A stretch of 64,000 bases of DNA from Escherichia coli (lineage in GTDB: Bacteria; Pseudomonadota; Gammaproteobacteria; Enterobacterales; Enterobacteriaceae): assembly GCF_003790525.1 (NCBI RefSeq), contig NZ_CP033635.1; one strand, written 5' to 3'. Position 1 is the first letter of the stretch. The number at the start of each line of letters is the position of its first letter. This document shows, in pieces, positions 11,643-22,471 of the stretch. The notes beneath the pieces are model-generated. The model worked only from the letters and a program-made list of their open reading frames with translations, ran no database searches and was not told the DNA's origin. The position numbers and the translations under genes were made by a program.

Positions 11643-12806
11643 TCACTCATAATCTTCTGTTTCGTACTCCACATCAGAAAGCCTGACCTCAAGCTCTAAG
11701 GACGTCGTGAAGCCGCTATTATTCAGAAAATGTGTCACCTTAGTGACTGTCCAGTCCTGCTCGTCTATGACGCGCTTAAAGCCTGACACTCTGACCGGTG
11801 TTTCCGTGTAAATATCTGCACGACCGGTAGCCAGGATGATGGAGAACTCCGCAACGCCCCGTTGCAGTTTATCCCACTTCGCCTGAGCAGCACGCATGGC
11901 CTGTGCTTTCGTGGCATATACCGTGGTCAGGGCAAAAACGTTGTCAGCCTCACCGGCCATGTATTCACCTTCGCGCGCTTCCGGTACTTTTGGCGCTTTC
12001 TTCTGCGTGACTGGTTTCGCTTTCGGGTGCTCCAGTGCGCGCAGGTGTTTTTCTTTCTTTTTGCGTTTCAGTTTTACCTTCTGCTTTTGCGGCTTCGGGT
12101 CTTTGGTGTGAAGCCACTTTGCCGTTACGCCGGTATAGGCTCCACGGTCAGCAATCGCAAAATGATGACGGTCGCCGTCGCTGCGGGTGATGGTAATCTG
12201 CGGGATTTTTTTACCGCTGGCCGTCACCCCCTGCCCCGCTTTGAGAAACAACAGTTTTCCCATTTTTACCGACACCTCACCGCCGTTGCGTTCAGCAAGG
12301 CGGGTCAGGAATTTTGCATCAGACTCCTGCGACTGGTCGATGTGCGGGATTTTAATTCCGGCCAGTGACGGAGCGACACTGGCTTCCAGCCTGTTACGGG
12401 AGGCTATCGCCTCAACAATCGCACCGAGCGTGGTGTCATGCCAGGAGCCTTCACGGCGGGAATTGAGCGTGCCACGAAAATCTGCACTCCGGGCCCGGAT
12501 GGCGACCACATCCGGCGTGCCCCGGTGTTCTACCTCATCAACGGTGAATTTCCCTTTGCATACCAGGGCAAAACCTTTCCAGCCGATATACACCGTCAGA
12601 ACAGCGCCACGAACCGGCAGTTCGACCTGCCCGTCGGCATCGTTCAGTTCAATATCAAGCTGATCAGCCTCAAAGCCCCGGTTATCCGTCAGGGTCATGC
12701 TCATCAGACGGTCGCTGATATTGCCGGTAATATCCCTGCTGTCGAGCATCAGCATGTAATCCGGCGTCAGCGTACTGCCTGCATCAAATGTCAGCGCATC
12801 CAGCAT
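11643..12806 (-). CDS. D: Tail protein D
   Basis: 387 aa, same length and position as P2 gpD. Confidence 0.85.
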   Translation of the reverse strand: MLDALTFDAGSTLTPDYMLMLDSRDITGNISDRLMSMTLTDNRGFEADQLDIELNDADGQVELPVRGAVLTVYIGWKGFALVCKGKFTVDEVEHRGTPDVVAIRARSADFRGTLNSRREGSWHDTTLGAIVEAIASRNRLEASVAPSLAGIKIPHIDQSQESDAKFLTRLAERNGGEVSVKMGKLLFLKAGQGVTASGKKIPQITITRSDGDRHHFAIADRGAYTGVTAKWLHTKDPKPQKQKVKLKRKKKEKHLRALEHPKAKPVTQKKAPKVPEAREGEYMAGEADNVFALTTVYATKAQAMRAAQAKWDKLQRGVAEFSIILATGRADIYTETPVRVSGFKRVIDEQDWTVTKVTHFLNNSGFTTSLELEVRLSDVEYETEDYE

Positions 12807-13285
12807 TATTCCGCCCCCGTCATCCCCGTGAATCTGGTCGCCAGACTACCGGCCTTACCGATGAGCGACTCCGCCTGTTTACCGATATCGCCATAAAGCG
12901 CGGCCAGTGATTCATCAACGCGGGTGAGCGACAGCGTAAAATCAATTTTTCGGGGTGTGCCGTCTGCAAAGAAAATACTCCCTGTTTCACTCACCTTGCT
13001 GATGACATACATGCCGTAAATCATGCCTGTGCCATCCAGCAACGGCCACGCCCGGCCTTCCTCTGCCATCAGCCTGAGCGTGGTCATCGTCAGCTTGCCG
13101 CCGGTCAGTTCGGGATAAAGCACGCCGGCAAGCGTAATGTTTTCCTCACCCACACCGAGAAACTGAAAGGCATCCCGTTTACCGATACGGGAATTTGACG
13201 GCCAGCGATAATCTGATTCGCGCTGCATGGTCTGGTGTGGCAGCGTCTGGCGCATAAAAACAAACATACCTAACGCGAGCATCAT
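12806..13285 (-). CDS. U: Tail protein U
   Basis: 159 aa, P2 gpU length and position. Confidence 0.85.
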   Translation of the reverse strand: MMLALGMFVFMRQTLPHQTMQRESDYRWPSNSRIGKRDAFQFLGVGEENITLAGVLYPELTGGKLTMTTLRLMAEEGRAWPLLDGTGMIYGMYVISKVSETGSIFFADGTPRKIDFTLSLTRVDESLAALYGDIGKQAESLIGKAGSLATRFTGMTGAE

Positions 13286-13299
13286 TTTTAGTCACCTCC

Positions 13300-15747
13300 T
13301 TAACCGTCATGCATCATGCTGGCACGGGCGCGCACACGTTTATCCCGCTCGTATTTTTCGAGCGCATCCTGTAACTGGCGGTCGAGCTGTGTCCCCGGCG
13401 CAGTACCACCCGTCAGGCTGATGTGATATTCGTTTTTACTCTGGTCCACATAAGAGCGGCCAGCCGGTGCCGTGACCGGCTGATAAGCCTGATAGCCTGC
13501 ATAAGAGCTGGTCGCCGGAATATAACCACCGCTGCCATACGTGGCGGCTTGAGTTCTGGCGGCGGTCTGGTCAAGTGTGTCTGACTCTTTGTTGATAACA
13601 CCGAGTTTTTCCAGTACCCAGTCAATACCGCTGCGCAGTTTGTTGAACGCATTAAGCGGCAGCATCAGCGCGTCAGCCAGTGCCTGCCCGAACATGACCC
13701 CCGTGTCACGGCAACTGTTCAGGGAGTCCTGAGTGGCTTTGACCGGGGCAATCAGGTTTTTAAACCACTGCCACGCGGCCTGTAACTTTTCACCCAGCCA
13801 GTCAAACACCGGCTTAAGTGGCGTGAACAGTTCCCCCACCGGCGCAAATGCCACTTTCAGCCCTTCAACCACACCGCCAAAGAATGCGCTGACAGGCTCC
13901 CAGTATTTACGGATAAGCAACGCCCCGGCGACAATTGCGGCCACCACGGCCACAACCGGCCAGCTAATAACCCCGATGGCGGTCATAACAGCACTGCCAA
14001 CCGTCGTGAAGACTGCCCCCATTGCGCCTGCTGCCGCGATGATGGCATTGATGCCGGTGATAACCGGCCAGGCTACGAGGCCAATGGCACCGATGATGCC
14101 AGTCAGCGCCAGCGCGCCACCGGCAATGATGCCGATGGTTGACGCCAGTGATTTGTTTTTCTGGATCCAGCCGTCGAGTTTTAACACATACTTTGTGGTC
14201 GTCTGCGTGAGCTTACGCAGCGCGCCTTCCTGCTGGTCAAACAGGTCAGTCCCCACTGCCTCATAAGCGGACTGAAACTCTTTAAAGTCACCGCCTAGGT
14301 TGTCCTGCATGATATTTACCAGCTCGGCGGTCTTCCCGTCTGAGGATTTAAACGCAGCGGTCAGTTTGTCCAGCTTTCCGGTTGAGGCGGCAGTCATCAG
14401 CACGGCGGCGGCTGAGCTGGCCTCCTCCCCGAAAATAGTTTTCATGTATTCAGCCTGCTGGGCAGTACCGAGCCGGTTTTTCTCAAAACTGGCCTGCATT
14501 TCTTTCAGAATGGTAAATATTGGCCGGGTGTTTCCCTTGCTGTCTGAGGTTTTCACTCCAAGCTCTTTGAGTGCATCCCATGCTTTTCCCGTCGGTGCCT
14601 GCAGGCGGCTTAACACGGCACGGCTTCCCGTCCCCGCCATTGAGCCTGTGATTTTTGCATCATGCAGCGCCCCGACCATTGCGGCGGTTTCTTCAATGCT
14701 GACACCGGCATTTTTTGCCACAGGTGCGGCATAGGTCAGCGCATCGCTCATGCCGTCAAAATCGGCGGCGGTTTTGTTCATCGTCATGGAGAGAACATCC
14801 CCGATATGAGCGACCTTATCGTTTGAAAGCTGAAAGGCGGATTTCATCCCCATCAACAGGGCGGCGTTTTCTTCCATCGTGCGGCGGTTCGCCAGCGCCA
14901 TATTCAGCGTGACCGGCGTTGCCGCCTGAATGGCATCAACATCCCCACCCGCTTTCGCGATGATTATCTGTGCACCGGCCGCATCATCCGCCGAGGCGGC
15001 GGTATTGTCGCCGAGCTGGCGCGCCTGTTTGCGTAGTGCGGTCATTTCGGCGGAGTCTTTTGCCACTCCGAGCACGGCCAGCAATTCTGAGTTTTTCTGC
15101 GCAAACTCATAACCTGGCATCAGCAACTTAACTCCGGCCATCGTTCCCGCCGCCGCAATCCCCACACCGGCAGCGCCCACTGAGGCCATATTTCCGGCCA
15201 GTTCCTTGCCTGCCTGATAACGCTGTTTTACTGCGTTAAGTTTTGCCTGTTGCGCACTGACACGCGCCAGCGCGTCACGCTGACGGTTAAGCTGTGCGGT
15301 GGTTTCACTGATACGGTTTTTCAGTCCCTGCTCATCATGTGCAAGATTGCGGGTATTAATTCCCACAACGGCCAGTTCCCGCTGCTGGCGTTTAACGGAA
15401 TCCGTCAGGCGGTTATATTTCGCCTGTAAGTCCTCCGCCGCACGCTTCGCGGATTCCAGCACTTTCGCCTGAGCACGTGTCGGACGTTCGGTGTTTTTAA
15501 ACTGTGTGGCAAGGGCTTCGGCCTCCTGCCGTGCCTTTTCAAGTGCATGACCAGTCACGGCGAGCTGTGCACTGGTCTTGCGAAATCCCTCAATACGGGA
15601 TGCCTGACCGTTCAGCTCACGCAGTGATTTTTGTGTTTCCCGGATATCCCCCGACAGCGATTTGCTCGCTGTGCGGATGGATTTAAACGGGCGGGATGCC
15701 TGGTCAACAGCCCTGAGCAATACCTGTAATTTTACATTGTTACTCAT
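13300..15747 (-). CDS. T: Tail tape-measure protein T
   Basis: 815 aa, coiled-coil N-terminus and Gly/Ala-rich hydrophobic repeats; P2 gpT length. Confidence 0.9.
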   Translation of the reverse strand: MSNNVKLQVLLRAVDQASRPFKSIRTASKSLSGDIRETQKSLRELNGQASRIEGFRKTSAQLAVTGHALEKARQEAEALATQFKNTERPTRAQAKVLESAKRAAEDLQAKYNRLTDSVKRQQRELAVVGINTRNLAHDEQGLKNRISETTAQLNRQRDALARVSAQQAKLNAVKQRYQAGKELAGNMASVGAAGVGIAAAGTMAGVKLLMPGYEFAQKNSELLAVLGVAKDSAEMTALRKQARQLGDNTAASADDAAGAQIIIAKAGGDVDAIQAATPVTLNMALANRRTMEENAALLMGMKSAFQLSNDKVAHIGDVLSMTMNKTAADFDGMSDALTYAAPVAKNAGVSIEETAAMVGALHDAKITGSMAGTGSRAVLSRLQAPTGKAWDALKELGVKTSDSKGNTRPIFTILKEMQASFEKNRLGTAQQAEYMKTIFGEEASSAAAVLMTAASTGKLDKLTAAFKSSDGKTAELVNIMQDNLGGDFKEFQSAYEAVGTDLFDQQEGALRKLTQTTTKYVLKLDGWIQKNKSLASTIGIIAGGALALTGIIGAIGLVAWPVITGINAIIAAAGAMGAVFTTVGSAVMTAIGVISWPVVAVVAAIVAGALLIRKYWEPVSAFFGGVVEGLKVAFAPVGELFTPLKPVFDWLGEKLQAAWQWFKNLIAPVKATQDSLNSCRDTGVMFGQALADALMLPLNAFNKLRSGIDWVLEKLGVINKESDTLDQTAARTQAATYGSGGYIPATSSYAGYQAYQPVTAPAGRSYVDQSKNEYHISLTGGTAPGTQLDRQLQDALEKYERDKRVRARASMMHDG

Positions 15748-16167
15748 TCGTGTTTCCGCTTCGCCGGAGCGCCTTTTCGCGCCATGTGATGAGTTCGGTC
15801 AGGCTCATGGGATACAGTTCTGATGGCGGCCAGTGAAATATCACTGCCACATCCGCCATCAGGTCATCGACCGAGAGATTTTTCGGAAACGTCACTGCAC
15901 CGAGTTCGGCGACAAAAAACCGACCACCTTACCGGCCAGCGCCACAAGGTCAGGCAGTTCCAGCGCGGCGACCTCCTGTTCGGTCAGCATCGGTGCCGTC
16001 ATGCGCGGCAGCACTTTAATCAGTGCATCGACTTCGGAGTTCGCGACCGCAGCCAGACTGACACCGCGCAGCGTCCCGGCATTGGGTTTCATCAGCGTGA
16101 CCTGTTCGATAACCTGCTCACCACGCTTGACCGGATTGTCCAGGGTAATCACATTTTCTTTGTTCAT
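15740..16167 (-). CDS. E+E': Tail chaperone E+E-prime, made by programmed -1 frameshift
   Basis: Slippery heptamer T-TTT-TTG on the minus strand (plus-strand 15913..15919) near the end of E; hand translation of the -1 frame runs 57 codons to TAA at 15740..15742, overlapping the T start; total about 142 aa as in P2. Confidence 0.75.
15892..16167 (-). CDS. E: Tail chaperone E
   Basis: 91 aa, ...VVGFLSPNSVQ; P2 gpE length. Confidence 0.9.
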   Translation of the reverse strand: MNKENVITLDNPVKRGEQVIEQVTLMKPNAGTLRGVSLAAVANSEVDALIKVLPRMTAPMLTEQEVAALELPDLVALAGKVVGFLSPNSVQ

Positions 16168-16223
16168 GGTTTTCTCACTTCTGAATCAGGGTTAACCGGT
16201 CAGCCTGGCTGACCGGATGAAAA

Positions 16224-16742
16224 TCACAGGCCGATATTGCGGCGGTGTTGCTCCAGCCGGTCGACGCCGTTCACCTTCTCAATCATGTTGATGGTGTCGA
16301 TTTCGACCAGCTCCTTACCGTCCATCGTCAGCCGGAAATAGGTGCAGACCACGGAGATTTTCGACTCAGTGTCTTCTCCCTGTTTACCCTCGCCAGTGTC
16401 GATTTCTTTCTGACGTCCACGCATGACCACTTCGACGGCCACCGTTTCGCCGGTATCGTCACGCTGGTAAGAGCCTGCAAAACGAATCGGCACAGCATCC
16501 ACACCGGTTGCGGCGTAAAGCTCCCAGATAACCGAATCCGGGAAGCCACCGAGTGACCACTCCATTGACAGCGCATCGTCATCAAGGCCGAGGTCTACCG
16601 GTGCGCTGCCGTTCATCCCCGCACCGCGATAGTTTTCGAGCTTACGGGTCAGTTTTGGCAGCGTGACGGACTTTGCAACGCCCTGATAGCTGTAGCCGTT
16701 CAGAAAGACGTTCATTAACTTGAGTTTGCGCGGCATTGCCAT
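16224..16742 (-). CDS. FII: Tail tube protein FII
   Basis: 172 aa, P2 gpFII length and position. Confidence 0.9.
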   Translation of the reverse strand: MAMPRKLKLMNVFLNGYSYQGVAKSVTLPKLTRKLENYRGAGMNGSAPVDLGLDDDALSMEWSLGGFPDSVIWELYAATGVDAVPIRFAGSYQRDDTGETVAVEVVMRGRQKEIDTGEGKQGEDTESKISVVCTYFRLTMDGKELVEIDTINMIEKVNGVDRLEQHRRNIGL

Positions 16743-16754
16743 CGGTCAGGCTCC

Positions 16755-17945
16755 TTAATTGCTGTTAACCGAGGTGACCAGATTTGCCAGGTATTTATCG
16801 GTAATACGCTGGCGCAGGGTCAGGTTTTCAAGAGGAGGCACCGGGGTATAGTCGTAGTCGATATACAGTTTTCCGGCCTTAAGGGTTTCCGCATCGTTGG
16901 ATTCTTCGCTGAACCAGCAGGTCGCATCCACGATATAGCCGTTTGTTTTCAGCTCACGGAATTTGGCATTGATGCCGTCAACGATGTCGCGAATCAGCGT
17001 TGCGGTGATGGGCTTGTCCACCGCCCACATGTGCGCCTCAGCCATCGTGTCGGCCAGCACCTGCGCGGTGCGGGTGTAGTTTTCAAAGAGGAACAGCGGG
17101 TCATCAGAGCAGGTACGGTTACCCCAGAATCGGAAACCGTCGCGGCGAATCAGCGTAGTGACGCCTGACTCGTTAAGCAGGTCAGCATCGGTGCCGGACT
17201 CCTGCAAATCCCAGAATACAGATGCGCTGATGCCGGTAACACCGTTCACCCCGACATTGGACAGCGTTTTATGCCAGCCCTGCTCCTGGTCGATTCTGGC
17301 ACGCAGACCCAGCGCACGGGCGGTGGCATACGCGGTGGCGGTGGTGCTGGTGACCGTATCCCATGCGAGGAAATCCGGCCAGATGACCATCAGCTCACGC
17401 TGGCTGAAATTCTGGCGGTAGGCTTTCACCTCGGAAATGGTTTTACAGCCCCATGCGCTGATATACCCGAAAGCGCGCAGCTTCTGACAGACTGATGCCA
17501 GTGCAACAGCCACCTCTTTGGTATCCAGCCCCGGCACGCCGAGAATACGCGGTTTAACACCGGTTACCGACTCCGCCGCCAGCAGGGCTTTCAGTCCGGT
17601 GTACTGACCGTTTTCGTCGGTGGTGCCGATGATATTGGAAACGGTCTGCGCAAGTTTCGTTTCCTCGTCGTCGCCGGTGCCGTCTTCCACACGCACGACA
17701 ACGGTGACCGGTTTTGACTGGTCGGCGATGGCCTGCAACGATGCCGCCAGCGTGCCTTTTTTACCGGCCTTTGCAATTGCGCTCTGCACATTGGTAATCA
17801 GCACTGGTTTATTGAGGGGGAAGATTTCCGCATCCGCATCGCTGGCCGTGCAGACCATGCCAACAATGGCGGTGGATACGGTGGAAATGACGCGGGTGCC
17901 GTCGTTAATCTCCAGCACCTGCACGCCGTGATGATAGTCACTCAT
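16755..17945 (-). CDS. FI: Contractile tail sheath protein FI
   Basis: 396 aa, MSDYHHGVQVLEINDGTRVISTVSTAIVGMV...; P2 gpFI length. Confidence 0.9.
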   Translation of the reverse strand: MSDYHHGVQVLEINDGTRVISTVSTAIVGMVCTASDADAEIFPLNKPVLITNVQSAIAKAGKKGTLAASLQAIADQSKPVTVVVRVEDGTGDDEETKLAQTVSNIIGTTDENGQYTGLKALLAAESVTGVKPRILGVPGLDTKEVAVALASVCQKLRAFGYISAWGCKTISEVKAYRQNFSQRELMVIWPDFLAWDTVTSTTATAYATARALGLRARIDQEQGWHKTLSNVGVNGVTGISASVFWDLQESGTDADLLNESGVTTLIRRDGFRFWGNRTCSDDPLFLFENYTRTAQVLADTMAEAHMWAVDKPITATLIRDIVDGINAKFRELKTNGYIVDATCWFSEESNDAETLKAGKLYIDYDYTPVPPLENLTLRQRITDKYLANLVTSVNSN

Positions 17946-18264
17946 CCGTTTAACTCCGTGGTTAATGGGTGCAACTATTTTCTGTTGGGCAGTGCATGAG
18001 ACGCTATTTGACCTGGCTGGTCAGTGGATGAAACAACAGATAAAGAAAAGGCAGGCAATTCGCCCGCCTGTCCTGATTTGTACTCACTCATTTTCCGACT
18101 GACAATTTACATAGCCAAAACGCTATCAAATCTGACAGTCTGCTTTGAGCGAGGAGCAGAGGTTAGTTTTAGTTAACCAAAATGATAAAAAGCAGTAGAA
18201 AAATCCGCTCATTACGTTATGGTTATAAGCCGCACATAATCATCCGAGCCAAATCCTCTTGATT

Positions 18265-19164
18265 TCAAAGAATTAGCACTTGCTCTTCACTAGAAACTAT
18301 GGTTCTGACTTCACGCTCAAATATTGGATCCATTATCATTTTTCTATTTGTTGGAATAGTAAATTTACCGAGTACCATGACAATGCTACTCAACGGAAAT
18401 AATTTTGGAGTAACATTTCCTAATTGAATCGTAGGATATATATTAAAGCCCCCTTTTATCCTCATTGGCGAACCTTCAATGAAGTGTCGATAATTAAATT
18501 TCGCCATAGGGATTCTCGCCACATGCACTTTCATAATTACAGCAACCTGAGCTATTTTTACTTTCTGGAGGTAAGTTGACAATCGTTCTAACTGCGTTGT
18601 TTCATAGAAAAAATCAGACCACGTTACAGTACTTGTTCCAGTAACAATTTTTATGCTGTTTCTCTTGTTGGGGTGAGCTTTTCCATATTCATAGATCTCC
18701 CGTAAGCTATCCATGTTCTTCACATAAGGGGCTTTCCGACCTCTCTTGACATAAACGCGGTCTGTAGTATCAGAAGGTGGATTTGCCTGCATAGCTGCAG
18801 CTTTTCTGCTTAATTTAGAGATATCATCTTCATCGAGTATATGTATACGGAATATATTATTACCTGTGGCAAGCGCACGGCTGATATCATGACTGGAATC
18901 ACTTGCATAAATTGTATTCAATCCTGAAGTTCCATACTGGCATAATTTGTCATGCGTGAAATTTTTTTCCAGTCTAAAGAAGGCGGGGATATGCAAGGTT
19001 TTATTAAAACTCCGACGAATATGGCTTTTGACATACACCAAATGAGCAGAGCAATTTGGGTCAGGACATTTGAGTGGATAGGGATTAACACTATAATTAA
19101 AAGTATTTACATTTACTAAAATCTGATTGTTATCAATAGCCTGAGTTATACGAATACCACTCAT
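18265..19164 (-). CDS. Hypothetical protein at the Z/fun variable locus between G and FI (candidate anti-phage cargo)
   Basis: 299 aa ORF with GGAGG 5 nt upstream of the ATG; AT-rich relative to flanking tail genes; no family recognised by eye (contains CPDPNC). Confidence 0.6.
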   Translation of the reverse strand: MSGIRITQAIDNNQILVNVNTFNYSVNPYPLKCPDPNCSAHLVYVKSHIRRSFNKTLHIPAFFRLEKNFTHDKLCQYGTSGLNTIYASDSSHDISRALATGNNIFRIHILDEDDISKLSRKAAAMQANPPSDTTDRVYVKRGRKAPYVKNMDSLREIYEYGKAHPNKRNSIKIVTGTSTVTWSDFFYETTQLERLSTYLQKVKIAQVAVIMKVHVARIPMAKFNYRHFIEGSPMRIKGGFNIYPTIQLGNVTPKLFPLSSIVMVLGKFTIPTNRKMIMDPIFEREVRTIVSSEEQVLIL

Positions 19165-19379
19165 TACTCCTCCATAAAGATAGGCGCAAGCATTTAGTAA
19201 TAAACCATTAACATGCCGAGATCATACCCGATCATTGAAATGTAAACACTCCCCTAAGACGGCTGCTGGCATAATATTTTATGACATCAGCAATGCCCAC
19301 CTCTGGCACAGAGTGGACTGTCAGATTAGGCTTTACTCTGTGCCATAGATATGTAAGCCCACACTAGAGCTCATACAAC

Positions 19380-19907
19380 TTATTGCGGCATTTCCGGCCA
19401 TTCAGGATTTGCAGGATCCACACGACTGACCAGAACACTATAGCGTTCCCATGCCTCCAGTCGACTACGCTCCTCATCTGTTGCCATATTCAGCCTGACC
19501 GCGCGCTCCAGCGGCAAAATCACGGATTCAGCTTCGGAAAGCAAAGCTGCCTTATGTAATTCCGCCAGTTTCTGCTGTTCGTCTGCCGTATAAATCCGCT
19601 TAATCACGGCACCATCCTTAAACATCCATTTACCTGAGTCGTCAGCACGTCGGTTGGAGGTAATATCAGGAACCTCAACAACGCTAAAACCTTCAGGATT
19701 AAGCGTTGAAGCATCTCTGGTGATAGCGACAATAATATTATTTTCATCGTAAACAATCTTTATTGTGTCTGGCTGAAAGTTCTTCACTTCCTCATACCAG
19801 TTTTTTCCGTCCTCAGAGTAAAGCCAGATAACTCCGTGTTTCTTTGTTAACTCATACTGTTCCAGTGTTTTAGCGTTACCCGCTTTTATGTTCTTTAAGT
19901 GCATCAT
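19380..19907 (-). CDS. G: Tail fibre assembly protein G
   Basis: 175 aa, P2 gpG length and position. Confidence 0.85.
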   Translation of the reverse strand: MMHLKNIKAGNAKTLEQYELTKKHGVIWLYSEDGKNWYEEVKNFQPDTIKIVYDENNIIVAITRDASTLNPEGFSVVEVPDITSNRRADDSGKWMFKDGAVIKRIYTADEQQKLAELHKAALLSEAESVILPLERAVRLNMATDEERSRLEAWERYSVLVSRVDPANPEWPEMPQ

Positions 19908-19908
19908 A

Positions 19909-21930
19909 TTAAACGCTCGCTACATTATACCAGGTGCCATTTATATACTTTTGAACGGGTCTGTAATAAACGCCCGCTATATTATCGGCAGAGTTGGACC
20001 CTGTATCCTGAACATTAATACCAGACAATACATGACCTGACGGGCACTGGAAATTCCATGTTTGCCAGTTGTTCACTCCATAATATTGCTGTGACCCAAG
20101 TCGAACATCTTTCACATATCTGGAATCAAAATTGCCATAGTTGCCAGGAATAACTTGCGAGCCACAAAGCCAGTTACCGTTATTATCCATGTACGCCTGA
20201 CCATCGGTGCCATTGGCTGTCCTTGAGTTATTAATCATGTAGATGCCAAATTGCTTGTTCCCCAGTCCACCTATCATGAACTTGCGGTCAGCGTGATTCT
20301 GGCGAAGCAACGCCTGAGCGCTATCAGTGTTAACTATATTTTTCCCAAAGATAGCGTTGTTATCGCGCATCTGAATCCACATACCATTACTGCTGTTAAT
20401 AGCAAAACGGTCTGAAAGCGTCTCCCCTGAAACATTAAGGCCACGCCCCATCGAAACAGCGCCAGTAGCGTTATTAATCCATAATGGCCTTAATCCGTTA
20501 TAAGTCCCCATGTTGTCACCGGAGTTTGTCAACATGAAGTATGTATTTGAACCATCATTACGAATAAAGAATCCGTAATTACCATAAGCAATACGTAGGC
20601 CGTTTGCTGATTTTGATATGACTTCGCCATTTACAATGGCATTGACAAGAACATACAAAGCATCCCATTTAAGATTCATCAGGTCTTTTGTTGTAGTACT
20701 CTGGCGGCTTCTCCATTTGAAATATTCATTGCCGTTATCCCCCGTTTCAAACCACATGAATGAATCAGTGTCACCATCGGCATCATTTTTAAATCCAATC
20801 TTCGCCCAGTCAGTATTTCGAATCCAGGCAAGGATTGAGTCGTTTTCAAAAGTAAGTCCACCGGACAAGGTATCGCCATTTTTTTGCACGGCGTTCCCGG
20901 CTCGGTTTACCGTTTCCTGTAAACCGAGATATTCGATAACGGCGGCAACGGTCGATTTAGCCAGAATATCCCGCCCGACTTTTGTCAGGGTTGCCAAGCT
21001 GGCAACATCATTCCCAATAAAATACGGAAACCTGTCTGCCGCAGTAGCAAGCCCCGCCAGTGCCGTCAGGGTGGCATCTTTCGGTTGCTTACCCGCAAGC
21101 GCATTAGTCATGGTGGTAGCAAAATTCGGGTCATTGCCCAGCGCCGCCGCCAGCTCGTTCAGCGTATTCAGTGCGTCAGGCGACGAGTCTACAAGGGCGG
21201 CAATCGCGGCCATAACGAAAGCCGTGTTTGCGATCTGAGTATTATTCGTTCCCTGTCGCGCAGTTGGCGTCGTTGGCGTTCCGGTCAGTGCAGGGCTGTT
21301 TAATGGCGCTTTCTTGTTCGTTTCATCCATTACCGTCTTAACGGCTTTCGGCGTTGCAGCCAGTGTTTCAGACGTGCTGTTGGTCGCACTGCTTAACTGA
21401 GTAAAACCTTTTGCGGTCAGCGAGGCGTCAGGGTGACGTCGTGACTGTTCATGTTCTGCAATTTTGTCATCAACGTAATCCTGCGTCGCCATCACCGTTG
21501 TGGTGTCGATGGTCAGATCCACTGAGGCTACACTGCTGACGATAATGACCATGCGGCAGGTCTGCGAACGTCCTGAGCCTTCGGCAAGGGCTGGCTTATA
21601 ACTTTCGGCCATGTTCGCCACGGCAATTAACGTTCCCGCATCATCGTACAGGCCAAGCTCACGCATCCAGAAACCGCCCACCTCCGGCGGAATAACCAGC
21701 TCTGCGATAATATAATTACTGTTTCGTTTGTCCTGGCTGATTTTGTTCAGCGCATGTCGCCAGACTTCGTGGATAAGCCCGGTCTGTCCGGCATCCGGGA
21801 CAGGCAATTTACCACCGCCATCCCCGACGGCCATCGTGGTAATGTTGACCTTCCGCCCTCCCGGCGCGGTTGCCGCTGCCAGCTTTGCTGCACCGGCAGT
21901 GGTGATAACGGTTTTGAATTTTGTGCTCAT
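19909..21930 (-). CDS. H: Tail fibre protein H
   Basis: 673 aa (P2 gpH is 669 aa); conserved N-terminal region, Asn/Gly-rich C-terminal receptor-binding part. Confidence 0.85.
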   Translation of the reverse strand: MSTKFKTVITTAGAAKLAAATAPGGRKVNITTMAVGDGGGKLPVPDAGQTGLIHEVWRHALNKISQDKRNSNYIIAELVIPPEVGGFWMRELGLYDDAGTLIAVANMAESYKPALAEGSGRSQTCRMVIIVSSVASVDLTIDTTTVMATQDYVDDKIAEHEQSRRHPDASLTAKGFTQLSSATNSTSETLAATPKAVKTVMDETNKKAPLNSPALTGTPTTPTARQGTNNTQIANTAFVMAAIAALVDSSPDALNTLNELAAALGNDPNFATTMTNALAGKQPKDATLTALAGLATAADRFPYFIGNDVASLATLTKVGRDILAKSTVAAVIEYLGLQETVNRAGNAVQKNGDTLSGGLTFENDSILAWIRNTDWAKIGFKNDADGDTDSFMWFETGDNGNEYFKWRSRQSTTTKDLMNLKWDALYVLVNAIVNGEVISKSANGLRIAYGNYGFFIRNDGSNTYFMLTNSGDNMGTYNGLRPLWINNATGAVSMGRGLNVSGETLSDRFAINSSNGMWIQMRDNNAIFGKNIVNTDSAQALLRQNHADRKFMIGGLGNKQFGIYMINNSRTANGTDGQAYMDNNGNWLCGSQVIPGNYGNFDSRYVKDVRLGSQQYYGVNNWQTWNFQCPSGHVLSGINVQDTGSNSADNIAGVYYRPVQKYINGTWYNVASV

Positions 21931-21940
21931 TATTCCTCAC

Positions 21941-22471
21941 TTATCCGGGGTAAACCGTAATTACATCGCCGTCATAAGCCACACCACCGGCAAACAGGTA
22001 GCCGGGAATGTCCCGGGTAATGTTCAGACCAATAAGGTGGCGGCTTGCAGGTTTGGCATCAGCAATCAGCCGTTCCATTTCCTGATACATTGCCTCTGTG
22101 ATGCCGCTTTCCAGTACACCAATATCAAGCCGGAAGGTGCCGGGCGGGTCACTGTTTTCCCACCACTCCGTCACGTTGATGAGATAGCCGAGCGGCTCCA
22201 CCACACGCCGGATTGCACCTATTGTGCCTTTATGACAGTGGATGAAATAGGCATCGCGGATAACGGCGCGTTTTGTCGCTTCCGGCCACTTTTCATCCCA
22301 CCTGTCGACCGAAAACGCCCACGCCAGCCACGGCAGCAGATTTGCCGGACAGGTATCCGGGTTCCACAGCTCACGAATACTGACCGGCGTTTTTTCAATT
22401 TCCGCACAGGCTTTTGCGGCGGCGACTTCAAGCGGTGATGAGCCGGTCGGCAGCAGTCGCGAATCACTCAT
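21941..22471 (-). CDS. I: Baseplate protein I
   Basis: 176 aa, P2 gpI length and position. Confidence 0.85.
   Translation of the reverse strand: MSDSRLLPTGSSPLEVAAAKACAEIEKTPVSIRELWNPDTCPANLLPWLAWAFSVDRWDEKWPEATKRAVIRDAYFIHCHKGTIGAIRRVVEPLGYLINVTEWWENSDPPGTFRLDIGVLESGITEAMYQEMERLIADAKPASRHLIGLNITRDIPGYLFAGGVAYDGDVITVYPG

Noticed and set aside
13733-14266. 177-aa plus-strand ORF (and several others between 14300 and 15112) inside tape-measure gene T
   Set aside because: Antisense to a long GC-rich gene; Ala/Ser/Thr-rich low-complexity translation typical of shadow frames.
20618-21238. 206-aa plus-strand ORF inside tail-fibre gene H
   Set aside because: Antisense shadow ORF within H.
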